64,000 nt of DNA from contig OX597824.1 in NCBI GenBank assembly GCA_951406725.2, forward strand, positions 49,724,001-49,788,000, read 5' to 3'. The position numbers were made by a program, and so were the translations under genes. Under the pieces are notes generated by a model, which was not told where the DNA came from, searched no databases, and saw nothing but the letters and a program-made list of their open reading frames with translations. The stretch is from Octopus vulgaris. Taxonomy: Eukaryota. Shown here one piece after another: positions 37,307 to 53,115 of the stretch (position 1 is its first letter; every line of letters begins with the position of its first letter).

Positions 37307-37558
37307 TGTTGCATCTACGTTCAGATAAAGGATCTCTCAATATAATTGTTAAAGGTTTCCATCTAAAATACATAGCATTTCCAATTCATTTTTCTTCCCA
37401 TCTGAAGATGTCTTTTGCTCCTTGCTTCTTTCTCATAATTTCTTGTAGTTCCTGCAAATACATACAAACATGTACATACATACATACATACATACATACA
37501 TACATACATACATACATACATACATACAAACTATGTGTGTATATGTATGTGTGCGTGC

Positions 37559-37616
<58 letters not shown>

Positions 37617-37915
37617 GTGTGTGTGTGTGTGTGTGTGCGTGATTGTTTGTGTACGAATGTTTTATCATACATGCTCATACACATATACAATAACAAGTAG
37701 CTACATATACCACTATCAGTTTTCCTTTATTAGATGAATACAAATACATACACCTATGCGCGCACGCACATATATACATACATATATACATATTATTGTG
37801 TACATACGTATATACATATACATATATGTACATACATGGATATATACGTACATGAATGTGTGTGTATGCATGCATATAAACGTCTATGTATGTATATATA
37901 AATACATGCACATAC

Positions 37916-37974
<59 letters not shown>

Positions 37975-37988
37975 CGTGTATATATGTA

Positions 37989-38036
<48 letters not shown>

Positions 38037-38114
38037 ATTTATATATACAGATATACACACACATTTATATATATATATATATAGATTTATATATACAAAT
38101 ATACACACTCATTC

Positions 38115-38214
<100 letters not shown>

Positions 38215-38227
38215 GTGTATATATGTA

Positions 38228-38265
<38 letters not shown>

Positions 38266-38361
38266 AGAGAGAGAGAGAGAGAGATTTATATATACAGATA
38301 TACACACACATTTATATATATATATATATAGATTTATATATACAAATATACACACTCATTC

Positions 38362-38457
<96 letters not shown>

Positions 38458-38528
38458 TTATGTGTGTATGATTGCGTGAGTGTTTGTGTAAGTGCGTTTG
38501 TGTATATTTCTGAGTGTGCATAAAGGTT

Positions 38529-38589
<61 letters not shown>

Positions 38590-38920
38590 GTACTTGTAAT
38601 TTCCATATTAGATTTACATGAGAAGGCTTGCAAGAAATATTTTGAAGAAACGTTAAAGACCTTTAGATGGAGTTTCCATCATCGATTTGCAACGAGGTGT
38701 GTGATTATAGCGTATATAACAGAAACCTGAAAAAATATTTAGATGGAAAGGTTTTTAAGACATATTATATACAGTATGTATATATTTTTCTTGCTTGTTT
38801 TTTTCTTGATGCTTGTGTAGTTTTTTTTATTATATATATTTTTTGCCGAAATTACGTAGCGTAAAACATTTCAATTATATACAACTACGCAGGCCAACGT
38901 ATAAATATGCGTCAATATGG

Positions 38921-38951
<31 letters not shown>

Positions 38952-39388
38952 TACACACATACACACACACACAATGCATAGATGCATTCCTTCACACTCA
39001 TACGCATATACATTATATACACACGTCTATTTTTACATATGCATATATATGTGTGTATGTATGTATGTGTGTGTGTGTATGTGTGTGTGTGTGTATGTAT
39101 GTATGTATATGTGTACATGCACGCTTCGATACATATTTACAAAAATACACGCATAAACGCATGCATATATGTGTGTATATGAATATTTATGTATTCATAT
39201 ACACATATTGACGTGCATGTACAAAAATGCAGCATAAACATATACATATACACATTCATATATACTTCAATATACATTCATGCATAATTGTGTGCACACC
39301 TCTAAGTGTATGCTTATATGTATGCATATGTGTGTGTGCACGTGTATATATATATAAGTATGCCTGTGTATGTATGTTTGTGTGTGTT

Positions 39389-39460
<72 letters not shown>

Positions 39461-39668
39461 AATATATATAAATATATATATATACACACACACACCCATC
39501 ACTCCCTATATCTATATAGGTGCGCGAAGAAATATTAAAACAAAAATAAAAGGATGAGGCCACCATATACAGTCGGACAAAGTTGAGTGACTGTAACGCG
39601 TTTTTACCGCTGCGTGTGAGACGGCTGAGGAAGAGTGAGAATACGTATGCAAACAGACATACGCACAA

Positions 39669-39716
<48 letters not shown>

Positions 39717-39863
39717 ATGCGGGGTGATGAATTTTTTTTAAAGAGTGGCATGAAGCCTTAGGCAAATAGAGTTAAATGCCTCGCCTTGGGACACAGAGAA
39801 ACAACGCACATACATGCAAATGCAGATAGACACACACGTGTGTGTATGTGTGTATGTGTGTGT

Positions 39864-39929
<66 letters not shown>

Positions 39930-41047
39930 AAGATTTGTCATGCACACTCACACAAAAATGAAGATGAAAAGAGTGATAGGAAAATAAAAGAAGATATACA
40001 TAAATTCATATAATATATATATATATATATATATATACATACACACACATATATAAACGTATATACATACATACGCAAATACATACATAGATTGATATAT
40101 ATACACACATATGTATATATATGCATTCATATATACGCACACAATATATACATACATGCATATATATATAAACATACAGATTGATGGACAGACAGAATCC
40201 TTTCTACAACAGTCACAAGGTCAAAAATTATGTGAAGCGGGATTAGTCAATTACATTGCCCTCAGTGATTAATTGATTCTTATTTTATCGACCCCGAAAA
40301 GATGACAGACAAAGTCGACCTTTGCGGAATTTGAACCCAGAATGCTGCAAAGAATTTTGTCTGGTGTGGAAACGATTCTGTCAACACACTGCGTAAGAGA
40401 ATGTATGAATGTTGTAGTTTACTATTCAGAGTAAGAGACAATTGGTAGTGACGGTAATGCTGTCGGCGGCGATGATGTACAATTCGTGGTTATTTTCGGT
40501 ATTATGTAATTCATACAAACGTTTTTATAGATGTATTCAGTATAAAGCAGCATCCAAAATTCCAATGGTGTCAAAAATGACATCTCATCTCAATAACAAA
40601 CATACATTTCTGAGATCAAACAAACGATTTTACCCAGCATTTTTAGAAAACCAGCCCCCAAACCGAACAAAATAAGCCGGAACATAAGACAAATAACCCT
40701 AACCCTTTCACCTACCGACCCTTTCATCAGGCACCAAAAATTCCGCGATGAAATCTAAAATTTCAAATGTCCCAAAGCTTTACAAAATTAGCAACGTACA
40801 TCTAAAATACCTAGGGCTCGGAGGGAATCGCTGCATTCACCACCCTCAAGCATTACTAGTTCAAACCCTAACCAAAATCTGTGACAACAAAATCCAAGAG
40901 AAGAAGCTTTATAACAAAAATACCACATTCCTCATCAGCATTAAATAGAAAGAAAACATATCTAGGCATAGCCATAACTGTGGTTAAGAAGTCGCTTTGC
41001 AACCACGTTGTTCGGCTCAGACAGCTTTGGCATGTGTCTTCTAAATA

Positions 41048-41426
41048 CAGTGCTACTGAAAGTGGTGGTCCGCGACTGGTGCCGGTCCCCGAGTCATCAA
41101 CTGCCGGTACGCGGCGAGTTTCCAGAAAAGAAAGAAACGTTATAAAATGCTTATGTATTACTCGTTTACAAAATAAATATAAGATAAAAAAAGTCAACTT
41201 TTATTATATTCATTATATATATTCTGTTGTGTCTGGGGAGAGTCATTTTCTTTTGTGCCTTATAATTCAACACACGAACTCATATAAAGAATCTTGCAAA
41301 CCAAACCCCAAAACGAAATATTATATATATTGTATAAACTAATATTACTAAGAAATACTATCGGTCCCTGGCATATTGAAGAAAAAAACTGCCAGTACGC
41401 CACATCAGATAGTTTGAGAAGCACTG
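41048..41426. mobile_element. hAT (Charlie-like) MITE inserted into a tRNA-SINE (40962-41510)
   Basis: TIRs CAGTGCTACTGAAA / TTTGAGAAGCACTG; near-TSD TTCTAAATA / TTCTAATA; SINE sequence resumes after the insert. Confidence 0.8.
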
Positions 41427-42384
41427 TTCTAATATAGACACGAATCAACCAACGTTTTGTAAATGAATTTGGTAAACGGAAACTATGTGAAAGCCTGTCC
41501 TATATATGCATATGTCTGTGTCTCTGTGGTGTATGCTTATGAGTAAGTATGTATTTATTGCGTCTTTGTGTCTGTATTTATCCCACCACTTTGCAACCTG
41601 TGTCGGTTTCTTTACGTCCCCTCATCCAGGCTTAAATACAAGTACCGGGCCCGATTTATTCGACTAAACCTGTCAAGGCGTTGTCCTAGCATTGCTGCAG
41701 TTCAGGGTTTGAACAAGTAAACGAATGAAAGAATACACATGAAATATCTCCATCAGTAACACTGGCAGACGCATTTTAATTCTTTGATCAACCAAAGTTT
41801 TCCTTCCCCTCTCTTCCCTTCCCCCTCTCCCCTCTCTCCCCTTCCCCTCTCCCCATCTCTTCCCCCGTCTCCTCTCCTTCTCTCCACTTCTCCCCATTCC
41901 CATTTCTCCCTCCCCTCTCTCTCTCTCTCTCGTCGAGAACAAGAGTTTCCTACAACAGCCACAGTTAACCAAGACAACGAAGAACCGTGCTATATTCGTT
42001 CGACATCGATTTGTAACCACTCCCAGAAATGCTGATATTCATCAAAAGCGATAATGTAGATATGTGTATATGTATGTACGTGTGCGTGAGTCTATGTGTG
42101 TATATGTGTGTGTGCGTGTGTATGAGTGTATCGACCAGGCTGTCGGATGTTGTTATACAGCGCTGCTCACAATGCGCTTCCTCACATTGTAGCTTTCGAA
42201 TGATGTTACCCCGGTGGCTTGGCGGTGGGCAGGCCAACATAACTCCTTGAACGGAATGCCAGTCCATCGAAAGGTTTCCCGTTTACAGCTGAGTGGACTG
42301 GAGCAATGTGAAATGAAGTGTTTTGCTCAAGAACATAATGCATCGCCGGCCTTGGAATCGAAAACAAGATTTAGCAAAAAGTAC

Positions 42385-43190
42385 TATCTTTGTTCATCAG
42401 GAATGTGGCCATAATGTATTACAAATGCGGCGGAAGACTTTGGGTATAAGAAAATGTGTGTAAAGTGAGTACCTTGGTAGCTGACACCCGGTTGAAGGAG
42501 AAGAAGCTGGAGGTGTGCTAATGGTCTGTTGGAAGAGTTTGAAAGCAATGAAAATACGTTCTTTTTTTTTTTTTTTTTACTAATTTGGTAGCAGCGGATG
42601 AAATGTAGGCGTATTTTTATGGTCCAGAAACGAATGCTCAATCCATGAAACGTCGTCGCATCTCTTCTCCAAGGCCTAAGTTCAAGAGTCAGAAAATTCA
42701 CGGTGAATTTATTTTTAGGATGACAAGGTATCATGGTTGTACCGAAAACAGCGAGCGGGACATTGAAATAATCAAAGATCTTAGAGAAGCCATTAGGAGG
42801 AAGAGACAGAACAAGAATCTGAAAACGATATGTGACCACATTTATCATTGGCAACAAATCAGGCAATCGACAAACTGGGCTGATCAGTTTTTAATTCACT
42901 GTAGATCCTGGATCTGGGGCCCTCTCACTGCAACATTTTCGGTTCAATGAAGCACAGTCTTTGGGGACAACGATTTGATGACAGACGAGGTGAACGAGGT
43001 TGTGAACAAGTGAGTACAAGAGAGCTGGCTTCAACGATGGTACAAATGCAATGTTCGTGACAGAGGCTGCATTGATTAGTACCTTCGTAAAGAGGAAGAG
43101 TGAGTCTACTACTACATGCAATTTGAACGACTTATGCCAGTGAGTAAAACTGTGCCCACTTTTGCATTACTTTTTGTACAACTCGCCAAT
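42385..43190 (+). mobile_element. Degraded mariner transposase remnant
   Basis: Decayed LGYKKMCVK*VP..LT (WVPHEL-like), ADE and PDLGPS..IFGSMK (YSPDLAPSD-like) motifs. Confidence 0.7.
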
Positions 43191-43440
43191 GTATACACAC
43201 ACATATATTCATATATTTATGTATATACACACATACATACACACACAAGCACGCTATATACTGTAAGATGTATGCATGCATGTATGTATGTGTGTATGTA
43301 CGTATCTATCTATTAGCTTGCTTGCCTACCTGCCTGACTGTCCGTCAGTCTGTCAGTCAGTCTGTCTGTCTGTCCGTCCGTCCGTCTGTCCGTCTGTCCG
43401 TCCGTCCGTCCGTTCGTCTGTCTGTCTGTCTGTCTATCTG

Positions 43441-43519
<79 letters not shown>

Positions 43520-44187
43520 GTTTGCTTGCCTGCATGCTTGCCCATCCGTCCGTCTGTCTGCCTGCCTGTCTGTCTGTCTCTCTGTCTATTTATTGCCAAA
43601 TTGTCATTTAATCACATCTTATTGCCCAATCTATGTTCATATGTGTGTATGGGCCTTTACATGTCATCTTGACTCAGTAGAAATAGCAGCCAAACTTTCC
43701 TCAAACCACAGATCTTATGTTTAAGTCAACGAGAGAAACCTTTATATTTCAGCTAGATACAATAGACATCACAAGCTATTCTCCATCAAACTATACCCTG
43801 CTGTTATATATATACACATGTATGTATAAACCAACGAGGGAGATGCTCTGTGGTAACTAGACTTGGTAGAAATAGCAGCCAAATATCCCTTAAATTTCAA
43901 CTTACTATCTTATGTATGTATCAGGAAGTATAGAGGAAGTTTTTAAACTGGATCACTTTAAAATTGGGGATTTGGATCATAGAAGGGGCGCTCACAGGCA
44001 GATTAATGTCAACAGAATTAAATAAAAAAAATTGGTATAAACATTTTAAAACCTAGAATGCTCGTTGAGAAGCAACCTTTAACCGAATCAACTCCAATTC
44101 CTTCGATATGATTCCAGACTGGATCCATTTACGCTTCTGTTTTTTTATAAAGAGATGTATACCGACTCATTTCTCCCTCTCGTATAA

Positions 44188-44377
44188 TGTAGGGATTTGC
44201 TTCATAATTCCAAGCGGGCGCTGGCGTGGCTGTTTGATAAGGAGCTTGCTTCTCAACCAAATTGTTCAGAGTTCAGTCCCACTGCGTGGCACCTTGGGCA
44301 AGCGTCTTCTACTATAGTCTCGGGCTGACCAAAGCCCTGTGAGTGGATTTGATAGACGGAAACTAAAAGTAGCCCGT

Positions 44378-44446
<69 letters not shown>

Positions 44447-44956
44447 ATGTGTGTGTGTGTGTGTGTGTTTGTTTGTTCCCCCACTACCGCTTGACAACCG
44501 GTGTTTGTGTGTTTACGTCCCCGATAGAATAAGTACCAGCTTTAAAAAAAAAAGTCCCAGGGTCGATTCATTCGACTAAAAATTCTTCAAGGTGGTACCC
44601 CAGCATGGCCGCTGTCTAATGGCTGAAACAAGTAAAAGATAAACCACTTTTCCAATAACCTATTGTGTCGTAGATATTTCACTGAAAACAACGTCTGAAG
44701 ACATGTAGCAAGGGAAGTTAGCCAGGTGGAGCATCTCTCTCTCTCCCAGAGATATATCTACACGAGAATAGGGATTTGCTTCATAATTCCAAGCAGGCGC
44801 TGGCGTGGCTGTATGATAAGGAGCTTGCTTCTCAACCAAATTGTTCAGAGTTCAGTTCCACTGCGTGGCACCTTGGGCAAGCGTCTTCTACTATAGTCTC
44901 GGGCTGACCAAAGCCCTGTGAGTGGATTTGATAGACGGAAACTAAAAGTAGCCCGT

Positions 44957-45011
<55 letters not shown>

Positions 45012-45476
45012 ATGTGTGTGTGTGTGTGTGTGTTTGTTTGTTCCCCCACTACCGCTTGACAACCGGTGTTTGTGTGTTTACGTCCCCGATAGAATAAGTA
45101 CCAGCTTTAAAAAAAAAAGTCCCAGGGTCGATTCATTCGACTAAAAATTCTTCAAGGTGGTACCCCAGCATGGCCGCTGTCTAATGGCTGAAACAAGTAA
45201 AAGATAAACCACTTTTCCAATAACCTATTGTGTCGTAGATATTTCACTGAAAACAACGTCTGAAGACATGTAGCAAGGGAAGTTAGCCAGGTGGAGCATC
45301 TCTCTCTCTCCCAGAGATATATCTACACGAGAATAGGGATTTGCTTCATAATTCCAAGCAGGCGCTGGCGTGGCTGTATGATAAGGAGCTTGCTTCTCAA
45401 CCAAATTGTTCAGAGTTCAGTTCCACTGCGTGGCACCTTGGGCAAGCGTCTTCTACTATAGTCTCGGACTGACCAC
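44188..45476 (+). repeat. Tandem duplication (2.3 units, ~570-580 bp) of a SINE plus its flank
   Basis: TAGGGATTTGCTTCATAATTCCAAGC at about 44190, 44770 and 45335; units differ mainly in microsatellite length. Confidence 0.92.
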
Positions 45477-45985
45477 AGTTACCCCTCCCCCTCCCCACAC
45501 CTCCACCAACACCAAAAGCCAACGAGGGAGGTCTCTGTCGTCTTCAAGAAGGACAAATTAGATGAAGGTAGGTACACTTTTAGAATCAAAGGAAGGTCAC
45601 AAAGCTAGAGTGCCTTTGATAACAGGTCTGCTTGATCAGGGTCGATCGGAGTGGGTGGGTGTATGAATGGCTGAATAACAATATTCACCACTACTCCGAT
45701 GACGACGGCATAACTGTTTAGTTATATTTTAAACTGACTGAATGATTTGCTCCTTTCTAGACTTATTTGTGGGAAGTCGCTTTGTTTTTGTTTGGTTCGG
45801 CGTCGCTCGTGTTTTTTCTTTTATTTTCTGTGTGTACGTGTGTGTCGTGTAGGCATTATTTCTGTTGCTTATAAATATTAGCATGTGTACAAGGTTATGT
45901 GGACAGTTGCATGTATAGGTAACTATTTAAATTACGCACTTACTGTGTAAGTGGTGTTTTTCTAGGTTTCCTAGTGCTGGTTTCG

Positions 45986-46047
<62 letters not shown>

Positions 46048-46049
46048 TA

Positions 46050-46980
46050 CTTCTCAGAACGCTCGGTCTTGTTTGTTCTGGTAGATTTTGTGAGAGCAGA
46101 CAGCAGCCTGCTGTCAGAGTTCTCACAAGGTCTCTTTCTGCACATTATAAACTTTGATACTTGGTTGTTAATTATCGTGGAAGAAATTCAACATCCAAGT
46201 ATCAATCTCAAAATCCTAGCTATCCCCAGCAGAGCAGTTTTTAGGGCTTGCACTGCTCTCAACTCAATTCCAATTTCTCTGACATATTTCTCGAACTTGA
46301 TTGTTTGTGCTCCGAGTGTTCCTACAACTACTGGATTGACAGACACTTCTCATAGTCCACAGTCTTGCAATTTCGTCTTTTAGTAGTCTGTATTTTTCAA
46401 TCTTTTCTAGTTCTTTCTTACTTATGTGTGCATTCCCAGGTATTGCAATATCTATAATCTTGATTTCTCTTTTCCTTTATCTACCACAACAATATCTGGT
46501 CTCCGAGCATCGATTAAGGAGTCACAATGGATTGTAAAATCCCACAGTATCTTATATTCCTTGTTCTCGGTGACTCCTTCTAGTTCATGTTCGTACCATT
46601 TTCATGTTCTGTTAAGGCCGTACTTTTCACATAGCCTCCAATAGACGAACTTAGCCACGTTATCGTGCCTCCTTTTGTAGTACTTTTGGTCTAGTTTGCT
46701 ACACTCACAATATGTGAAACGACTGTTTCGTTTCTGCTGCCACACATCCTACAAAGGGGCGATTCATTACTCTTTTCAATTTGGAACTTGGTGTAATTAG
46801 TTCTCAGAGCTTGTTCCTGAGCGCTGCATATCAATGCCTCAGTGTATCCTTTCAGATCACTTTGGCTTAGCCATCTCCAAGTGCTAGTCTTCTCTTTTCT
46901 TTCGATTTCTCTGAGGTATAGAACATGCAGCGATCTCATTTCCAATTATTTACTTTTTCTTCTTCATCTTGTTTCTTAAA
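46050..46980 (-). mobile_element. R4/Dong-like LINE 3' fragment
   Basis: TEALICSAQEQALRTN...CRMCGSRNETV.H, RHD, LWDFTI, RPDIVV motifs; 3' end abuts (TTA)n(TTG)n. Confidence 0.85.
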
Positions 46981-47039
46981 TGTTTGTTATCGCATTGGTA
47001 TCGCCTGGTATCGTATTAGAAGCAAGGGTACCTGTTCAA

Positions 47040-47600
47040 CGACCTCAGAATTTCCGAGGTGAAAGACTTCGCGCCCATCTTCGACGACTACAAGATGTAC
47101 GTATCTCCAAATCGATCGGGATTGCTGTGTTGTTCCCGGGAGGTTTGGATCTCACTCTCCCCCAGAAAAACTCCAGAAACTAAGTCCGTAGTATTGGATG
47201 TGACTAACAGCGAAAGCCATACCTTCGTGCTAGTAGCCGTCTACTACAGGGACTGTCAGGGCAGATTTCTTTAGGAATCTTGAGTTTTTTGCGGGAACGT
47301 CCCGCTCTTTAGTGCTAGTAGGAGACTGGATCCACGATGGTTGCAGAAGCCTCATAAAACCTGCTCAGACCTTCCTAACAATCAAACATGTACCGATTAG
47401 AGTTGCCGAAACGTGTCAATGTGGATACTGACAAACTGCATCGGATCCTCCAGATTGTGTCTAGATGGAATATTTTGTGGGCATATTGATATGGATAACG
47501 TAGGTTGTCCGCGATTAAGTCGTTTTCCTCACAGACCAGAAAATGTGACATTGTTTTTGTTTATCTACATTCCACTGATGGAGCTTTGTATCTTTGTTAG
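47040..47600 (+). mobile_element. Degraded AP-endonuclease fragment of a LINE
   Basis: Decayed FVLVAVY, LVGDW, LDGIF and TDH-like motifs in the order expected for an APE domain. Confidence 0.45.
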
Positions 47601-47864
47601 GAACCGACATCGTCCTTACAGGAAGACTTAAAAATAAATAAAAAAAGGAAATAAAAATAAAAATAGAAACACTCAAACCTAGATGACATTGTGTAAATTC
47701 CAAAGAAAAACATTGGGTGGAAACCGTAATCTTTCTCTTTTAAGTGAGAAATGTTAATGCTAAAACCAGAAGCACATGCATATTACATTACACTAATACA
47801 TACATATTTATATATCAACATTTGTCATACACAAACACACACATACATGTATATATATATATAA

Positions 47865-47895
<31 letters not shown>

Positions 47896-48197
47896 CATAT
47901 ACATATTACAATTATGTATACACTGTCCTGCGTGGGATGTTAAATTTTCTAAACACAATAACAAACAGATAAACAGATTAAAAGTGTCTCTGCCGGACAG
48001 GGACCATCATGGAAATAGAGTAATGTGTCATACAAGCCGCCTCCTCTTCCTCTTCCTCCTCCTCCCGTCTTCTTGTTCGTTTTCTTCTCATCTCCTACCA
48101 ACTCCAGCATCACTAACACCAAATCACCTGTTGCTACTGCACCACTGCAGGGAGACTGCGTAGAAGAGAAACATAAATGTATTGGATAATAATAATG

Positions 48198-48264
<67 letters not shown>

Positions 48265-48575
48265 CAACAACAACAACAATAAAAATAGTATGTGTGTGTG
48301 TGGTGCAAGTTTTCTTTTACAGGTTAGTATAATGCGCCGCCAGATACTTATCACGTTCGTATCGGTTGACTGGTTTCAACTGGTATATTACTATGTACTG
48401 CAATGAACAGTGATAACAGGAAATAAAAAAGAAAAAAAACAACCCAAAACTCCCAAAGCAAACAAACAAACAAACAAAAAAACAACCCAAAACCCAAAGA
48501 AAAGAAGACAAAAAATAACTAACAACACGAATCATAAAACAACACATGGAAACAAAACAAACAATATTAGGGAGA

Positions 48576-48682
<107 letters not shown>

Positions 48683-48892
48683 AACATATATAACGGTTTA
48701 ACAGTTTTGTGATGATGCATCGCTATAAAGCACAATCACAGCCTGTAACAGCTAACAAGATAACATTTGTAGTATGTATGTATATGTATGTATACACACA
48801 AATGTGTGTGTGTATATATAAATAAATAAATATATATATATACATGCACATATATGTATATACATACATATATATATATATATATATATGTA

Positions 48893-48947
<55 letters not shown>

Positions 48948-49516
48948 GTGTATATATATATATATAATTTACACACACACACGTATATGTACGTATTTAT
49001 TTATATACTGACGCATATTATATAGTTAAATAGGAATGTTTTTATTGGATTAAAACAAAGAACATTAACAAAATAAAGAACTCAATACCTGAGAACAGCT
49101 ACATATTAAGTACACACCCGACACAAACATACACATACAGGTGCGCACGCACGCACGCACGCACATACACACAAACACAAACACACAGTGGCGCACACAC
49201 ACACACTTAAACTCACGCACACATATGTGCGCATGTGTATATGTTTTGGCGCAAGAATATTAGTTTTAGGGGAGTAGAGAAGTCAATTACGTTGATCCCA
49301 GTGGTCATTGACCCCGGAATTCAGCTGGACTTTTTTTTATCGATCACGAAAGGATGAGAGGCAATGTCGACCTCGATTGAGTATGAACTTAGAACACAAA
49401 AAGCCAGAAGAAATAAAGCTAAGTATTTTGTCCGACGCGCCAACGATTCTGCTAGCTCGCTGCCTCAGTAATATTAGTTACTAATAGTAATAATGATGAT
49501 GATGATGATGATGATG

Positions 49517-49563
<47 letters not shown>

Positions 49564-49610
49564 CGTATATTTTACCCCAGTGTCACTTTGATGGCATGCA
49601 TTGCTCTCTC

Positions 49611-49675
<65 letters not shown>

Positions 49676-50011
49676 TAATAATAATCCTTTCTACTAAAGG
49701 CACAAGGCCTGAAAGTTTGGGGGAGGGGTAAATCGATCACATCGACCACAGTACTTGACTGGTACCTAACTGGTATCTAATTTAACGACCACGAAAGGAC
49801 GAAAGACAAAGTCGACCTCGGCGGAATTTGAACTCAGGACGTTGTATATAACAACAACAACAATAATAATGATGATAATAATCCTTTCTACTGTAGGCAC
49901 GGGGCCTGAAATTTTGGGGGAGGAGGTAAGTCGATTACATCGACCCCGAAAGGATGAAAGACAAAGTCGACCTCAGCAGAATTTGAACTCAGAACGTAGC
50001 ATATAATAATG

Positions 50012-50092
<81 letters not shown>

Positions 50093-50095
<3 letters not shown>

Positions 50096-50649
50096 GCCCT
50101 GATGCAGTACCAGGCAGTGGCTCTCATGGCTTCTGATCTTAACTGATTGGAAGTGTTATCATGTACATTGTTTTGTCTTGGTATAAAAGATGGGCTACAG
50201 CAAATATTCTGCTCAATACCACAGATTTGCTTGTCAGTTGTTTGACCTTAACCAGTTGAGCATGTCCCTTAGTGGCTGACGATATGTGCATCTCTGATCA
50301 CGAGCAGAAGTAGTGGGGGAGCATCATAGCCATGTGTTGAGAAGGATTCTTTGGGGTTTGAATAATTCACCTCTGGAAACATGGGTGTTTCGTTCAACGT
50401 CCTTAAACAACCCTTATTCAGGGACCTTTTGAGCGGGATGGATTACTCGATCTGTAGAAAATTCTAACTGGGCTCCACCTGCAAGGTCATGTGCTGTTTA
50501 TCTTGATATGAGATCACCATGTCGCGCACATATGGTTGTGATGCATGTGCCTGGTGTACCCTTATCAGACGGGTAGTCATGATGGGTATACTGGGCTTCG
50601 TATATTTTACCCCAGTGTCACTTTGATGGCATGCTCTGCTCGTTCACTC

Positions 50650-50650
<1 letters not shown>
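50093..50650. mobile_element. Dispersed repeat between (AAT)n arrays (partial copies 49563-49610, 53137-53430)
   Basis: CCTGATGCAGTACCAGGCAGTGGCTCTCATGGC... sequence shared between the three sites. Confidence 0.75.
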
Positions 50651-50717
<67 letters not shown>

Positions 50718-50951
50718 TAATAATAATAATAATTGTAATAATCTCTTCTACTAAAAGCACAAGGCCTGAAATTCTTTGGAAGGGGATTAGTCGATTACAT
50801 CGACCCCAAATTTTCACTGGTACTTAATTTATTGATCCCGAAAAGATGAAAGGCAAAGTCGACTTCAGCAGAATTTGAACACAGAACGTAAGCGAGGAAA
50901 TGTCACTAAACATTTTGTCCGGCATGATAAGAATTTTGCTTGCTCGACGCC

Positions 50952-51012
<61 letters not shown>

Positions 51013-51023
51013 TAATTATGATG

Positions 51024-51105
<82 letters not shown>

Positions 51106-51106
<1 letters not shown>

Positions 51107-53030
51107 TTTGAACAGTGACAATGAATCTCTAAATGCTGGTGATGTAAAAATTTCATGTGGCATTTTCCAGGGTGACTCACTATCACCACTCCTCTTTTGT
51201 TTAGCCGTAATACCTCTCTCAAAACTGCTCAATGACACGCAGTACGGATATAAAATGTTTGATAAAAATATAAATCATCTCATTTACATGGATGATTTAA
51301 AGCTTTTTGCAAAAAATGACCAACAACTCAAGGGCTTACTAGCGATTGTCAAACAATTCAGTGACGACATCAGAATGCATTTTGACCTCGATAAATGTGC
51401 AAAAGCTACCTTTATCAAAGGAAAAATGACAGAAACATCTAACGTTAACCTTGACCAGCAGAATGTCTTAAAAAAATTAGACCCAGCGGAGAGCTACAAG
51501 TACCTAGGGGTAATTGAAGGGGATGGAATAAGGCATTCAGAGATGAAGGAAAGGATCAGGAGAGAATGTTATCGAAGACTGAGAGCAATACTCAAGACAG
51601 AGCTGAATGCAAGAAACAGGATCGAAGCGATCAATGCATTAGCCATACCAGTCGTGACTTACAGTTTCAATATCGTTAACTGGTCAATTACTGAAATATG
51701 TCAGCTTGACAGAAAAATACGAAAACTGTTGACAATGCATATAATGCACCACCCTAAGGCAGATACAGAACGACTTTATCTGCCAAGAAAAGAGGGAGGC
51801 CGTGGTCTTTTACAACTGGCAATAACAATGAAGATTGCTACAATTGGCCTAGACACCTACCTGAAAAAGTCTGAGGACTGGATGTTAAAACTTGTCTCAA
51901 AACATGAAAACAAGAAAGCATCATACTCAGTAACAAAACAGGCAAAGGAATATCTAAGTGAATTCCGAATACAACAAATTTCGGAATTAGAGATAGACAT
52001 ACAAGAAACAAGCACAGAAAAAGCTAAGCGCATGAAAACCCGTGCTAAAACTGCGGCCTTAGATATTCTGAATTATAAATGGCAAGAAAAACCTCTCTAT
52101 GGCAAATACCCAAAGAGAGCGAATAATGAAGATATTGACAAAGCCCTGACCCATCAATGGCTAATGGTCTCTGGCTTAAAATCTGAAACAGAAGAGTTTA
52201 TCATAGCAGCTCAAGATCAATGCCTACCAACAAGAAATTACCAGGCCAACATATTAAAGAACGGCAGTAGCCCAACATGTGTATGTCGACAATAAAATGA
52301 AACCATTGATCATGTCTCCAAGTGCAGTCTTCTAGAGCCTACAGAGTATCTCAACAGGCATGATAGAGCTGCACAATATATTCACTGGGTAATTTGCAAA
52401 AACATGTATTTGCCCCATGAAAAAAACTGGTGGGAACACAAACCACCTCCAATGCTTGAAAATGACCACAACTCACTCCTCTGGAACTTCACCATTCAAA
52501 CTGACAGAAAGATAGATGCAAATAGGCCAAACATCATATTGAAAGACTTCAGACAAAGAACATGCCTCCTCATTGATATGACTGTCCTAATCGATATAAA
52601 CGTATCTGTCAAGATCTACCAAAAACTGAGCAAATATAAATATCTTGAAATAGAAATCAGCAAAATGTGGAACCTGAAGACTAAAACAATACCTGTTGTC
52701 ATAGGTGTCCTGGGAATGATAGCGAAAGGGGCTGATTGCTACCTAACTCAGATACCAGGAAACCCCAAAATGGCAGAAATTCAAAAGATAGTGCTCATGG
52801 GAACTGATTATATCCTACGCAAAATACTCTCTATGTAATCTCAAGGTTTAAAACAAACAATTTAAAAAAAAAATTATTTATTAGACATTCACTAGTACAA
52901 CACCAAACCCCTCCCAAATATATGGCACACTAGGCATAACAACAACGTGAACTTCCAACCTGTTGTCTCTTGAGGTCTCTGGGTGAGACTTGGAGCCAAC
53001 TTGTACAAACATAAAGCAAAAATCAAACAT
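51106..53030 (+). mobile_element. R4/Dong-clade non-LTR retrotransposon, 5'-truncated, inside (AAT)n
   Basis: RT motifs GIFQGDSLSPLLF, YMDDLKLF, YKYLG, LYLPRKEGGRGL, AAQDQ; CCHC, RHD and RLE motifs NRPNIIL..IDMT..KLSKY..PVVIG; stop 52838; long (AAT)n both sides. Confidence 0.93.
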
Positions 53031-53031
53031 A

Positions 53032-53115
<84 letters not shown>

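Noticed and set aside
40695-40706. TAACCC telomere-like repeat
   Set aside because: Only two units
47385-47425. CCGAAACGTGTC as a hammerhead half
   Set aside because: No CUGANGA partner; lies within a decayed LINE endonuclease coding region
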